This document shows, one piece after another, positions 1 through 13,200 of a stretch of 64,000 nucleotides of DNA; the first letter of the stretch is position 1; each line of letters begins with the position of its first letter. The stretch is from NCBI RefSeq assembly GCF_006345805.1, contig NC_042997.1, positions 171,926,001-171,990,000 on the forward strand, written 5' to 3'. The notes under the pieces are model-generated. The model was not told where the DNA came from. It did not search any database and was given only the letters and a program-made list of their open reading frames with translations. A program made the translations under genes and the position numbers. Origin of the DNA: Octopus sinensis. Taxonomy: Eukaryota.

Positions 1-880
1 AACACGTTCAAATACTATAGAAAAAAACACCAGTACAAAAAGCAAAGTATAAAATATACAAACGTTGAAAAATCCATGTGGTCTAAACAATTTCACAGTA
101 TTTATACTTGAATAATGGCAGGAAAGGCTTCATCTTGCATTATCTCAAAGCTACGAGAATTCAATTACATGATTTGTTTATTTTTTTAATAATTTCGTAG
201 AGCAGTCTGATACGGCCGGATTTGGCCAGTTTGAACAAATACAGGGGAATTAATTTTGGCTGGTTTGAACACTTATCCTGTAACCTTCTTGTTAGGTTTA
301 TAGGCTTGAAAGTGAAAATCTTCCAATGTATACTATATTTGATGGCATAAAATAAAATTAAATAGAAGTTAACCTCAGTGGAATTTGAACGCAAAGCACT
401 GAGGTTGGAACAAATACCACAAAGCATTTTATTCAATACTCTGATGACTCTGCCGGGGAGAATAATTTAACGCGCATACCTACAAACAAACATACATATG
501 TTTTATCAATATCGTATTTGTTTTTATTTTTAACAGACTAAACTTATATGGCTTTGTTAAGAATTCCTTGCACTCTTACAAGTGGCTACTGGAAGCTGAA
601 AATGTGGTATTGCAAAGAATGTACTGATAATGAGAGAAAGCATTCTAGCTTAGATTAATAGGTTTTGACAGAAATGACAAACAAGCGTGAAAATCCACTT
701 AAAGAGAAACATTAAAAAGTAAAAAAACTTTTACTATTTTGCAAGAAATTATATCAACAGCAGCAACAGCAGCAGTGGCAGCAGCAAACAACAATATAAT
801 ACATGCTAGTAAGAGAGCTTTGCACAAATGTTTGACTATTAAGAGTAGCAAATAACTCTCTCTCTCTCTCTCTTCCTCTT

Positions 881-1179
881 AAGAGCTGTTCTTCACTCCT
901 GCTCCAGAGCGTCGGCTGCGGGGTCATTCCAAAAAGCTCTACCTGCGACGATTTCATCTCAATCGAAGGAGAGGAGCTTTCTCCATCCGGGTTGCGGATC
1001 CGTGGAACAAGCTGCCAGACGAGATGGTGAAGATGCCGACGACCGCTTTGTTCAAAGCCTCCCTTGACCTCAAGTGGCCTGAACTCTTTACATGAACACC
1101 ACCCTGTACTTAACTCCATGTCCCCCTACATGGCCTTGCTATTTGCTTTTGAGCCAAATTAACTAACTAACTAACTAAC
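881..1179 (+). mobile_element. CR1-clade LINE 3' end (5'-truncated)
   Basis: Frame 883-1095 translates ELFFTPAPERRLRGHSKKLYLRRFHLNRRRGAFSIRVADPWNKLPDEMV...*, the CR1 C-terminal RGHxxKL / FSxRVxxxWNxLP motif. A short UTR and a (TAAC)n tail follow. Confidence 0.8.
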
Positions 1180-1282
1180 ACTTTCAAGAATACTCCACCA
1201 TCTTAGAAAAGAATTCATTGGATAATCTGGTTCTGGATTCCCAACCTATGGATAAAATATGAGTTGGTCACAACTTGGAATA

Positions 1283-1615
1283 ATCATCATCATTGTTCGA
1301 CCATGGTCGAGACAATGGAATTTACCATGCTACGCCAGACTTCACGGTCCATCATAGCATTACGGAGGTCCTGTTGCTGGATGCCCGTATCCCTGGAGAT
1401 TACATCAGGGTAGGAGAGTGTGTGCCCTCTGGTATTGCGAGTAAATGGCTTCCAGAGGAGAAGAGTAGAAATTGCCTCGTTTTCAGCTCTACAACAATGT
1501 CCAGCAAACTGGACTCTCCTACCTTTCACAAGAGATGACACAGGTGGTAGTTTCCCATATATTTGCATTTTGGTTGGATGACGCTTCCACGAGAGATTTT
1601 GAGCTCTCATAAGGA
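1283..1615 (-). mobile_element. RTE-like LINE 3' end (ORF2 C-terminus)
   Basis: ORF 1290..1655(-) contains RRVQFAGHCCRA...DREVWR, typical of an RTE C-terminus, and ends in a (TGA)n tail. A near-identical shorter copy lies at 25030-25182. Confidence 0.75.
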
Positions 1616-2297
1616 GGATTAATAATGGTTTCAAATTTTTGCACAAGGCCAGCAAATTTCAGGGAGTGGGTAAGTCAATTTCATTGACTCCCCCGTGTTC
1701 AACTTGTTCTTATTTCATTGACCCTGAAAATATGAAAATGAAAGTCAACCTCGGCAAAAATAGTTGAAGACAGGTGTGGTGAATAGAATTGAACCTAAGA
1801 CCACATGATCATAAAGTAAGTTTCTCAACTGCACAGCCATATCTGCATATTAATAACAATTGTTTTTTATTGGTTTGTTGTAAAATTATAACTTTAAAAT
1901 TGAAAATTTCACATAAACTAATTATATCTGCAATCTACATGATCAAATCTGCAATTTTCTAAAGCAATTTTGAGAAAGCTGTACCCAGATAAAGAAAAAG
2001 TGACAAAAGAATAAATAATTCTAGGTAAATTGTTGGTAAAAATATGTAATGATTTGAATCATATACAAAAAAAAAAAAGCTGGAAAAAAGTGGAAATTTT
2101 CACAATTTTTTGTAAAATTTATTTCATTATCAGAGTATTGCAGTATTATGAAAATAGATTGTTAAACAGTAATATTGTTATTCATCACATATTTCTTGCA
2201 AATATACAATTGAAAAATTTGTTTTTAATCTTGTTTTGAGTTAGTCACCACCATTTCATCATCATCATCATCATCATCATCATCGTCATCGTCATCG

Positions 2298-2328
<31 letters not shown>

Positions 2329-2629
2329 TTTAACATCCACTCTTCTATGCATGCATGAATTGGATAGTTTATTGAGGCAAATTTTCTATGGCTGGATGCC
2401 CCACTTCCTGTCATCAACCCTTATTTATTCCCAAGCAAGACAATGTTTCCCTATAGCTTGACATGTTTTCTCAGAATATTTGAAATGTCATTCATTTACG
2501 ACAATTATGTGATTTCAAGGCAAGGAAACACCCACATCCATACAACGATACTTACACACATATACATGCATCTCTATCTATATCTATCTATAATTTATAT
2601 GTATATATACATACATACATACATATATA

Positions 2630-2686
<57 letters not shown>

Positions 2687-3019
2687 TGTATGTATGTATA
2701 ATCATATATACATACAAGCACATACACGTACATACACACACACGCACACACATACACAATAGGCTTCTCTGGGTTTCTGTCAATCACATCCACTGACAAA
2801 TCTGTAGTTGACCCAGGGTTATAATAGAAGACACTTTCCCGAGGTGCCCTGCAGTGGAACTGAACCTGAAACCATGTGATTGGGAATCAAACTTCTTATC
2901 AAAACTGTCACACCTGAGCAATAGTTTAAGTTAATAAAGCTTATTATTTTCAAATTTAGATTAATTTTTCTCTATATATAAACACCAGGTAACTTCAAGT
3001 AAAATTATTATTATCATAG

Positions 3020-3480
3020 CTCAGCCTGGAAGTCATTTTCCATAAGCGAGTCGAGGACCTTCTGTGATTCACACTGGATGTAGATAATGGTGTTAAAATG
3101 GTGACCTTTGAGCTGCCTTTTCAGCTTGTGGAAGAGAAGGAAGTTCACAGGTGCTAAATCAGGTGAATAGGGTGAGTGCAGAAGTGATTCCATGTTGTTT
3201 TTAGTGAGAAACTCATGAATGAGGAAAGCTCAGTGACAGGGTTCTTTATCATTGTGAAGAATTCAATTCTTCACGCACCACAGATCAAGTCACTTTTGCC
3301 AAATGTCCTCCTTCAAACACTTCAAAATATCACAGTAGAACTTTCAATTAACAGTCTGGCTCTGGGGGATGAATTCTTGATACACAATACCACGTGTCCG
3401 GGGATGATGCTAGTGGCAGGTATTCCCAATCATTCATCATTTTTCAGGGATGTTGTTCCACTTTTGAAGTGCCTGTACCT
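3020..3480 (-). mobile_element. Mariner transposase remnant
   Basis: Reverse strand encodes HSPYSPDLAPVNFLLFHKLKRQLKGHHF, the YSPDLAP motif of mariner transposases; degenerate. Confidence 0.85.
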
Positions 3481-3484
3481 CTCT

Positions 3485-3890
3485 CTCTTTTACTCTTTTA
3501 CTTGTTTCAGTCATTTGACTGTGGCCATGCTGGAGCACCACCTTTACTCAAGAAAATCGACCCCAGGACTTATTCTTTGTAAGCCTAGTGCATATTGTAT
3601 TGGTATCTTTTGCCAAACCGCTAAGTTATGGGGACATAAACACACCAGCATCGGTTGTCAAACAATGCTGTGGGGGGTGGGAACAAACACAGACACACAA
3701 ACACATGTACAAACATATATATATATACATATATACGATGAGCTTCTTTCAGTTTCTGTCTACCAAATCCACTCACAAGGCTTTGGTCAGCCCAAGGCTA
3801 TAGTAAAAGACACTCGCCCAAGGTGCCACACAGTGGGACTGAACCCGGAACCATGTGGTTGGTAAGAAAAACATTGCATACAACCCATTG
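3485..3890 (-). mobile_element. tRNA-derived CORE-type SINE (family B), full length with internal (TA/TG)n
   Basis: Head resembles ggctgtgtggtaagaagcttgct...ggttcagtccc, followed by a CORE-like tggcaccttgggcaagtg, an internal microsatellite and a tail ending gctccagcatggcc...gactgaaacaagtaaaagag. About 20 copies or fragments in the window. Confidence 0.8.
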
Positions 3891-4662
3891 CCTCATTGCT
3901 GTAAGTTTGCTGAAGCATGCTCAATGTCTCTGTAGAAGAGTTCCTGGTGGTGGTGGTGGTGATGATGATGATGATGACAATGACGGCTTTGGTGATGGTG
4001 TAATTATTATCACTGCTGTCGTTACTATTTTTGATGGATTTGTAGTTGTTGATGCTGTTGTAGTTGCAAATTTTCTCTACAGAAGTTCCCATATCTTTTA
4101 TTGCAATATCTAAACAAGATTCACTGTTTTTCTCATTTGTCATACTCCATACTTCTGTCATAACATCTGTTATGCTCACTCCTCCCCTCTCTTTGTTAAG
4201 TAATTCTCTCCTAAACATTATGACTGTACTGCTGCCATTTGCCATTTTTAGAATGGATTCAAACTCAACCCAGTGCAAGTTCAAACACAAAATTTGATTA
4301 GACTCTTCCAGATCCAGCTGGTCTTATCTATACCAAAATTTCCCAAATAACTAAACTCTTTCTTGTCAAAAGAGTTGATATTCTGTGAAGATCCTTAGAG
4401 CCAATCTTGTCTACACCCCGGCAGAATACTGGCAATAACAATAACAATGATAATAATGGTTTCAAATTTTTAACACAAGGCCAGCAATTTGGGGGAGGAG
4501 CTAAATTGACAATATGGACCCCAGGGATCAATTGGTAATTATTTTATCGACCCTGAAGGATGACAGACAAAATTGACCATGATGGAATTTGAACCCTGAA
4601 TGTAAAAATTTACACTAAGCATTTTGTTTTAAAAATTCTGCCAGCTTGCAGCCATAAAATTA

Positions 4663-4726
<64 letters not shown>

Positions 4727-4729
4727 TAA

Positions 4730-5112
4730 TAGAGGGAGAAAATGTAATGATTCTTTGGGACTTTCCAGTATGTACAGACTGCATCATCAAAGCAAATAAA
4801 TCAGATATTGTTGTGAAAGACCAAAACAATAAAGTCTGTTTATTGATTGACATGAGCAATTCCTTTAACCATAATATCTCAGCAAAAGGAATTTGATAAG
4901 CTCAGACAATATAAAGATTTGCTAATGGAAATCGAAAAGATGTGGCATCTCAAGACGGTTACAATACCGGTGATTATAGGAGCACTTAGAATGATCAAAA
5001 AAGGAACCGGAAATTACATAAGAATGATCCCTGACTTACTATCCATACAGGAAGTACAAAAGATTGTCTTAACTGGTACGTCACACATATTGCAAAGAGC
5101 ATTGTTGCTGTG
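4730..5112 (+). mobile_element. R4/Dong-type non-LTR retrotransposon remnant (restriction-like endonuclease)
   Basis: ENVMILWDFPVCTDCIIKANKSDIVV...CLLID and EIEKMWHLKTVTIPVIIGALRMI are RLE motifs. Directly preceded by (AAT)n. Confidence 0.8.
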
Positions 5113-5482
5113 AATTTTCTTTCCTTTCCCCCCCTTTATTTGTTTATTTTTTATGCCTGCCTCTTTTACTTTTTTATGTCTTCCCCTTTTTATGTCTACC
5201 AAAATTTGCCAGAACAAGCATGGGAAGACATCACACTAGCAGACCTAAGAATGCCACTCATGAAGGCTCATAAATGGAAATCCCCTGGTAAACATAGGGT
5301 ACCAAATTTTTGGCTCATATCACGCCCATGTGTACATGAAAAATCAGCTCAGCTATTCAAGACTTTTTCTATTCCTGAGCGTTATACTAATACATCTGTT
5401 TGTTTTGTACACCACCTGTCTTCATCTTTTGTTTTTTTCGTCAACTTTCCCTATATATATATATATATAAACATATACATAT

Positions 5483-5634
5483 ATAATTATAATTAAGGGC
5501 ACAGAAAAATCTAGCCTATTTGCTGAAAAGAGACACTAAATCGTCCAATTTGTGATGATTTAAAGTGGTGGATTATTTAGCATCACTTTTCAGCATATAG
5601 GCTATATTTTTTCTGTGTCCTTAATTTTAATTAT
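5483..5634. repeat. Imperfect ~150 bp palindrome
   Basis: aattaagggcacagaaaaatctagcctatttgctgaaaag is inverted as cttttcagcatataggctatattttttctgtgtccttaatt. Confidence 0.8.
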
Positions 5635-5744
5635 AAATATGATTTCACCTTAATAGGTCCATTTTTATATGCTGGCTACTGATAAAGTTTTTAAAGATTT
5701 AATCCTTTATTACATACATACATACATACATATATATGTATGTG

Positions 5745-5945
5745 TGACCTCGTGAGCACCGCCAACAATTTTTTTCCTCTGTCTTCCCTTCTCAGGATCT
5801 TTCCTTCTCCTTTGTTTCCAACGAAGAGCTCCGCTCGAAACGTTAAACCCTCCTTCCCTTTTTTCCTGAGTGTCCAATAATACTTTGTTTGTTCCACGTC
5901 CTCGTGTTGCTGTGTTTTTTTTGTGTTTTCTTGTTTGGATTAACT
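5745..5945 (+). mobile_element. Penelope/retrozyme-like repeat with degenerate hammerhead (5814-5848)
   Basis: gttt-CCAACGA-a-gagc tcc gctc-GAAA-cg-tt-aaac. Same family as the 46737-47125 dimer; flanked by (TA)n. Confidence 0.6.
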
Positions 5946-6179
5946 ATATATATATATATATATATACATGCGTATGCACACAGAGTGTTACATAACAATA
6001 TAAATCATACATATAAGAGTATCAACAATGTATACCATTAAAAGACTGTAATTGGAATTATATGAAACAATAATTACTGCTGATATATCGATAATGATAT
6101 GATGATAATTAGTACACTATTCATTATTCTCATATCAATTGATGATAACATTTTTCTTTAATATTCTTTGTTTCAGAAT

Positions 6180-6488
6180 CAAAGTTCACAGATTACTTGA
6201 TACGCGTACTCCACACTTATAAATACCCTCTTCATCTACTTGTTTTTCTTTAAGTTTCCTTCTCCTTGTGTTTGAGAAGAACAGTATCTTAGTTCAATGA
6301 CGCAAATTTCCTGTTTTAAAGTTATTGAAATTAAAACTTTCCATTAAAATTTCACGCTAATTTATGTTCCAAACACTAGATTAATAATGACTAAATTATT
6401 TTACAAAATTGTTCATTATTTTCGCAATTGCTTGAAACAAAAGCGGCGTATTTCAATTTCAACAGAAATATTGTAACAAAAGAGTTAA
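6180..6488 (+). mobile_element. Diverged piggyBac-like MITE
   Basis: Similar to 50809-51034 (aatttatgttcc..aacacta..taatgac..aa.ttattttac) and ends gtaacaaaagag-TTAA. Confidence 0.55.
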
Positions 6489-6829
6489 ATGTCCTCCAAA
6501 TGGAAGGAAATGATCATACAATGCTTTCATTGCAATCAATCAAACTGGGCCATATTTTGAACGGTTCTTCTTCCTTGATTTCCTCACTCAACAATCTGGA
6601 ATCCACTTTTCCTTCTTAAAGACTTTTGTTCGGAATAATCTTTATTTAACACACAATATTATTAAAGTCAGCAAAAACTTCTGTACCCTCCAATAAATCT
6701 TTCAATTCCTTGCTTTCCCTCTTTCTTTTCTTATCATTTTTCTTCACTAAATCATCTATCTTTTCCCCTCATTTTCATTCTCTCAATCTGCTCTCTCTTC
6801 CTTGTCTTCTCTTAATCCTATCCCTTCCC

Positions 6830-6872
6830 TCCTTTCTTTCTTTCTTCTTTCTTTCTTTCTTTCTTTCTTTTT

Positions 6873-6920
<48 letters not shown>

Positions 6921-6921
6921 T
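6830..6921. repeat. (CTTT)n microsatellite within a pyrimidine tract
   Basis: Direct reading. Confidence 0.95.
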
Positions 6922-7369
6922 GTTATTTCTGTCTTCCTTTCATCTCTCAATTATCTCCTCTCGTTATTCTTCATCTCTTGTCCCCTCTCCTTTCTCTCCC
7001 AAACAATTCTTCTCTTTGCTTTCTCTTAATCATCTCTGTCTCTCTAAATGATACGAAGTTGATAAACATCACACCCAATCTATCATCTACATCATCAATA
7101 CACTTCACAGTTCAATGGCTGTATAAGCACTAAAGGACAGCAATACAGAGCAGATATTCAGCAAGGCCAAATGATTTAACCCTCCATCAACTGAGAGAAA
7201 TTTGTTTGTCAAACTAATTATAGATGTTCATCAAAAGAATCATCACAGAAGATGTGGTTAGAGATGAAAGATACACTGCTATATCATACACATACATACA
7301 CACAATACATATATATTTATCAATATATATATTCATTAAAATATCCAAATACATAATTTATATAGTCAA

Positions 7370-7407
<38 letters not shown>

Positions 7408-7465
7408 TAGAAAAGTTTTAGAATAATATTCCCTCATATTATTATTATTAATATTATTATTATTA

Positions 7466-7527
<62 letters not shown>

Positions 7528-7591
7528 GCATACATGTATATATAAATATATACATATATTCATAAATGTATATCTATGTGTGTGTGTGTGA

Positions 7592-7637
<46 letters not shown>

Positions 7638-7675
7638 CTGTAAATATAATATGTGACAATTAATTGGTAGCCATG

Positions 7676-7734
7676 ATAAAACTCCGAGTTTCAGATGTCG
7701 AGGTGGAAACCCACACTGGCATCTCTTCAGTTAT
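7676..7734 (-). ncRNA. Type I hammerhead ribozyme-like motif
   Basis: Minus strand: AUAA-CUGAAGA-GAUG(CCAGUGUGGGUUUCCACCUCGA)CAUC-U-GAAA-CUCGGAG-UU-UUAU. Stems I, II and III can form; GUU triplet; one extra U before GAAA. Confidence 0.55.
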
Positions 7735-8063
7735 TGGGCCATCAAAAAAAAAATGTGTGTATGTGTGTATATGTATGTGGTGTGTATATGTGTGTGTGAA
7801 TGTGTGTGTATTTGTGTGTGTATGTGTGTGTCAGTTTGTATGTGTGTATGCATGTGTGTATGTTTGTATGTGTGTGTGTGTGTGTGTATATGTGCCTCCA
7901 CTCATTTCATGGCTACCGAATAATTGTCACATATATTTACAGATAAAATCCTCTATTTACATAATATCAAAGTCTCCTTCATTCTTTTGTTGTCTTGCCA
8001 TTTCTACCAATATATATATATGTATATATATTTTCATACACATTCACACACACACATACACAC

Positions 8064-8121
<58 letters not shown>

Positions 8122-9102
8122 ACACATGTATATAATCATCAAATCATCATTACTTTAATGTTTACTTTTCCATGCTTGCAAGGGTCAGAAGAGAATATGT
8201 AGAGCTTGATTTTTCTATAGACAGATGCCCATCCTGTCACCAACCTGACTTGATATTCAGTTTATTTAACAACAAACAGCCCAGATATGTTTATGTGTCA
8301 AACCAGAAACAACCAACATCATTAGTGAAGCTATTATTTACTATTAATGAGGGAACATATATGTATGTGTGTGTGTGTATGTATGTAGGCAAAGGAAATA
8401 GAAAATTACTCATACAAACTCACATATGGGCCCTTGTTATGTGTGTGTGTGTGTGTATGTGTATGTATGTGTGTATATGTGTATATGTGTGTGTGAATGT
8501 GTGTGTATTTGTGTGTGTATGTGTGTGTGTATGTTTGTATGTGTGCATGCATGCGTGTGTTTGCGTGTGTGTATCTGTGTGTGTGTGTGTGCGTGTGTGT
8601 TTGTGTGTGTGTATGTGTGTGCCTCCAGTCATTTGAGTCTGACAAGTCGCCTTTACAGCTAAGTGCTTTATAGGTGCAAAACCAATGGTCATCACTGACT
8701 GGTCATAGCAAACAACCTTCTAAACCTCTGTGTGTGTTTGTGTGTGTTTGTATATGTGTATGGGTGCGTATGTGTGTGTGTGTGTGTTTATATGTATAAG
8801 TATTTATTGTTGTGTATGCAAATGTCCTAAGGCTGATTGCTCAATTTACTGCACTACTCCAGATCAAATTTCAGTGTTTCCCCATCAGTTTTAATATCAT
8901 TTTCTACTCTGTATATCTATCTGTACATAATAGGGTACAGGCTTGACAGTTATGAATTATTGAATTCACTCAAACTGCATGATACCTTGGGCAAGTGTCT
9001 TCTACTATAGCTCTGGGCCAACCAGACCTGTGAGTGGATTTGGTAGACAAAAACTGAAAGAAGCTCATCATATATATATATATTATATATATATATAATA
9101 TA

Positions 9103-9145
<43 letters not shown>

Positions 9146-9179
9146 CATACATATATATATATATATACAACATACATAC

Positions 9180-9370
9180 ATATTCGCCATGATAGATCGC
9201 TAGCCACTACACATTCTTTATTTTCTCTCCTTGCTTCTTTCTGTGTTCCTTTCTGTGGAAGAGCGTAGGCTCAAAACGTTAAAGACTTTTTCAATTCCCG
9301 AGCGTTATACTAATACATCTATTTGTCGTCTACACCACCTGTCTTTGTCTTTTGTTTTTTGTGTTCTCCT
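9180..9370 (+). mobile_element. Penelope-LTR-like repeat with variant hammerhead (family H3)
   Basis: cttt-CTGTGGA-a-gagc gtag gctc-aaaa-cg-tt-aaag. Other copies at 14000-14185(-), 29620-29830(-), 36665-36810(+), truncated at 5360-5450; flanked by (TA)n. Confidence 0.6.
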
Positions 9371-9544
9371 ATATATATATATATATAAACATATATATAT
9401 AGAGAGAGAGAGAGAAGGACAGAGAAGCAGAGAGGCAGAGACAGAGAGACAGACAGACAGATAGGTGGCTGGATTGATGGATCGATCAATAGATAGATCA
9501 ATGGGTCAATGGATTAACAGACCAGTCAAGAGACAGATGAAAAG

Positions 9545-9788
9545 GATCAAAGATCCTTCCTGAACTCTGGGCTCATAAAGCCAGTTTCCTGGTTTCTGTA
9601 GCATACATTCCTTGGATGGGACACTGGTCTATAACAAGATTACTCATTTTTGCCAGCTGAGTGAACTGGCACAGTGTGAAAAGAAGTATTTTACTCAAGA
9701 ACACAACACATCACTCAATGCAGGAATCAAATCCACAACCTTATGACCATCAGTGCAACACCACAACCACTTACCCACATGACTCCCC
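9545..9788 (-). mobile_element. tRNA-derived SINE (family E)
   Basis: Degenerate tRNA-like head plus a central ccagttcactcagc segment shared with 16985-17312(-). Confidence 0.6.
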
Positions 9789-10342
9789 ATATATAGATAT
9801 GTATGTATCAGACTCAATGTGTATACATTGTTTATAGGCCAGTTACTATGGTTATTCTCCTGAGATAGCATCTCTTATGGACTGGCTGTGTTACAACCAC
9901 GATAAATATCAAAGGGAGATAAAAAATGCCAGCTGTATTTCAGCCTCTTTGGGCCTTTTCAATGGCACATACTCACAGCCAGTCACATGCTTGGATCAGA
10001 ATTCCTAATCTCTATAGGAACAAGTGAATAATACTGATGATGTGAATGGCCAGCTGGTTGAATACTCTTGTCAATGGTGTCATCTCTATGAAAAAGCTGC
10101 AGTGTTCTATTGATGTTAGACAGCCTGTATCATTCTGTTGTCAAGAGCACAATAATGGTATGCTTTTTTTGCTTTAGAGCAGTTGTATACTGTCAACTTA
10201 ACATGACAGTCCCATAAAGGGAATCACACCACCGCTATTTAGCCCTAGGAAGCATCAACGCTTCCTGTCGGCCTTGACACATTTCCTGTGTCCTTATGTT
10301 TACAAGGGGGAGACAAGCACCCCCCTCCAGCTAAGCCTGCAG

Positions 10343-10382
10343 CCAGAGACATGTTTCTGGGTCTTGCTCATCATCAGTCTGG
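10343..10382 (-). ncRNA. Minimal type I hammerhead ribozyme
   Basis: CCAGA-CUGAUGA-UGAG(CAAGA)CCCA-GAAA-CAUG-UC-UCUGG: perfect stem I, canonical core, palindromic ACAUGU stem III, GUC cleavage triplet, one mismatch in stem II. Confidence 0.75.
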
Positions 10383-10697
10383 AGAAGCATGGCTTGTAGC
10401 TGGCTGCAGATACCCGTCTAGACTTTGTAAGCATATATAATTTCAGTGAAGTAAATTCACTGATCACAAAAAATTATAAATATTAAATTTCTAAATATCT
10501 CAGAGAGATATAAGCAGTGGTGGTACGATAGAGCAGTTGTATACTGTCAACTTAACGTGACAGTCCCATAAAGGGAATCACACCACTGCTATTTAGCCCT
10601 AGGAAGCATCAATGCTTCCTGTCGGCCTTGACACATTTTCTGTGTCCTTATGTTTACAAGGGGGAGACAAGCACCCCCCCTCCAGCTAAGCCTGCAG

Positions 10698-10737
10698 CCA
10701 GAGACATGTTTCTGTGTCTTACTTGTCATCAGTCTGG
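10698..10737 (-). ncRNA. Minimal type I hammerhead ribozyme, second copy (stem II degenerate)
   Basis: CCAGA-CUGAUGA-CAAGUAAGACACA-GAAA-CAUG-UC-UCUGG. Confidence 0.6.
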
Positions 10738-12167
10738 AGTAGCATGGCTTGCTAGCTGGCTGCAGATACCTGTCTAGAACTTGTAAGCATATATAATTTC
10801 AGTGAAGTAAATTCACTGATCTCAAAAAAAAAAAAAAATAGAAATATTAAATTTCTAAATATCTAGAAATATAAATATTTCTTTTTTTTTTTTCTTTTGC
10901 TTTGTTTTCTATATATTGCAAACAGGAGCGGACTCTTGCTGTCTCTCTAGCGGTTGGGCATTCGTGACTAGGAATGGGCAGAAATAGCCTGAAACTAAGG
11001 TGGTCTCACAATCCTGTTATCAGCTGGAGGATGGTAGAGATTTGCTCCCTTGCTTGCAATATATACAGGGTGCTGGCTGCACCTATAACCAGCTGGCAGA
11101 TGATCTGCCTGGGGTTAAAACAGTAGTAACATCAAACAGCCATATTGATGTGGCAATTTACTTTACTTGTTAGAACCCATTATTTGCTGCAATAAAAAAA
11201 TTAGGAAGAAAAGTTAGTATTGAGGAAAAGTTACTCAACAACATGCATAATTAATTCAAGCAACCTATGGTAATTAATTAAAAGAATTGTGTTAACATTT
11301 GCATTATTTTCAGTACAACCCTTGTATATTATGTGTGTGTTTGTGTGTGTGTAGGTGTGGCTGTGTGGTTAAGTAGTTTGCTTCCCAAACACATGGTTTT
11401 GGGTTCAGTCTCACTGTGTGGTACCATCTTCAGCAAGTGTTTTTTTACAATAGCCCTGGGCTAACTACAGCCTTATGAGTGGATTTGGTTGACAGAAACT
11501 GAAAGAAGTCTGTTGTATGTGTGTGTGTGTCTATGTGTGTGTGTGCATGTGTGCGTGTGTATTTGTGTGTTTGTGTGTGCATGTTTGTTTGTGTGTGTGT
11601 GTGAGTGTATGGTGCATGTGTACTTGTGTTTGTGTGTTTGCATATGGAGGGTGTATGTGTGTGTGTGTGTGTGTATGTGTGTGTGTATGGTGCATGTGTG
11701 TATATGTGTGTGTGTGTGTGTGCTTGTGTTTGTGCGTTTGCATATGGAGTGTGTATGTGTGTGTGCTTGTGTGTGTGTTGTGTGTGTGTGTGTGTGTGTA
11801 ATTCATTTACAGTATGCTTCAAAGACACATCAGGTCTTTGACAAATATTACTGTGCTTGGAAAGAGGTAACGTTTGATGGCAGGAAGGGTATCCAGCCAT
11901 AGAAAATCTACTTCAATAAACTCTATTCAACCTACGGATATTAAAATGATAACGACAATCACAATGAAGATAATGATGATATATATGTATATATTCATAT
12001 GTATATACATATATATATATATAAACATACATACATATGAATGAGTGATCCATCGACTCCCCTTGATCAATCAGTCTTCGTTACATGAAGTCAGCATAAC
12101 TGGTTTATTATTATTATTATTATTGTTGTTGTTGTTGTTGTTGTTGTTGTTATTATTATTATTGTTA

Positions 12168-12222
<55 letters not shown>

Positions 12223-12474
12223 CATCAATAGTAATATTACACAACAATCTAAAGTACTGAAACTAATTAGTGTCTAGTTTATAGAAGCAAAGAATAGAAT
12301 TCTGTGCTAATTATTCATTGTCAGGTCATATATTGATTATGCTTATTACAAGTGACAAGATCAATAATTCATACACAGTTTCTCGGTGTTGTAAAGCAAC
12401 CTGGACTACATATCTGTTTCCTGATGGCCATAGCTCTTTCTCTGCTATGTCAGCTAGCTGAGTCAAAAGAGGCT

Positions 12475-13200
12475 GGGTTGGTTGGTTGGCTTGTTGGTTG
12501 GTTTGTTGGTTGGTTGGTTGGTTGGTTGGTTGGTTGGTTGGTTGGTTGGTTGGTTGGCCTGCTTGTTGGCTGGCTGATTGATTGATTGGTTAGCTGGCTA
12601 GTTGGTTGGTTGATTGATTGGTTGGTTAGTTGGTTGGTTAGCTGGTTGGCTTGTTAGCTGGTTGATTGGTTGGTTGGTTGGTTGGTTGGTTGATTGATTG
12701 GTTGGTTGGTTGGTTGGTTGGTTGGTTGGTTGATTGATTGGTTGGTTGGTTGGTTGGTTGGTTGGTTGGTTGGTTGACTGATTGGTTGGTTGGTTGGTTG
12801 GTTGGTTGGTTGGTTCATTGGTTGGCTTGTTGGCTGGTTGGTTTGCTGGTTGGCTTCTTGGCTGGTTGGTTGGTTGGTTGGCTTGCTGGTTGGCTGGTTG
12901 GTTGGTTGATTGGTTGGATGGTTGGCTGGTTGGATGGATGATTGGTTGGTTGTTTGGTTGCTGGTTGGTTGATTGGTTGGTTGGATGGAGGGTTGCATGG
13001 TTGGCTGGATGATTGGTCGGTTGGTTGACTTGTTGGTTTGTTGGTTGGCTGGTTGACTTGCTGGTTGGTTGGCTGGCTGGGTAGCTGTGTGACTGGCTGG
13101 TTGGTTGGCTGGTTGGTTGGTTGGTTGGTTGGTTGGTTGGTTGGTTGGTTGGTTGGTTGGTTGGCCAGCTGGTTGGTTGGCTGGCTGGTCAGTTGATTGA
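12475..13200. repeat. Long degenerate (TTGG)n microsatellite
   Basis: Direct reading; source of the LVGW/NQPT pseudo-ORFs. Confidence 0.95.

Larger units (their letters stand above)
10175..10864 (-). repeat. Tandem duplication of a ~355 bp unit, each copy with a hammerhead motif
   Basis: Units start tagagcagttgtatactgtc at 10175 and 10529 and are highly similar. Confidence 0.9.

Noticed and set aside
3215-3865. 216 aa ORF
   Set aside because: Antisense read-through of a mariner remnant and a SINE.
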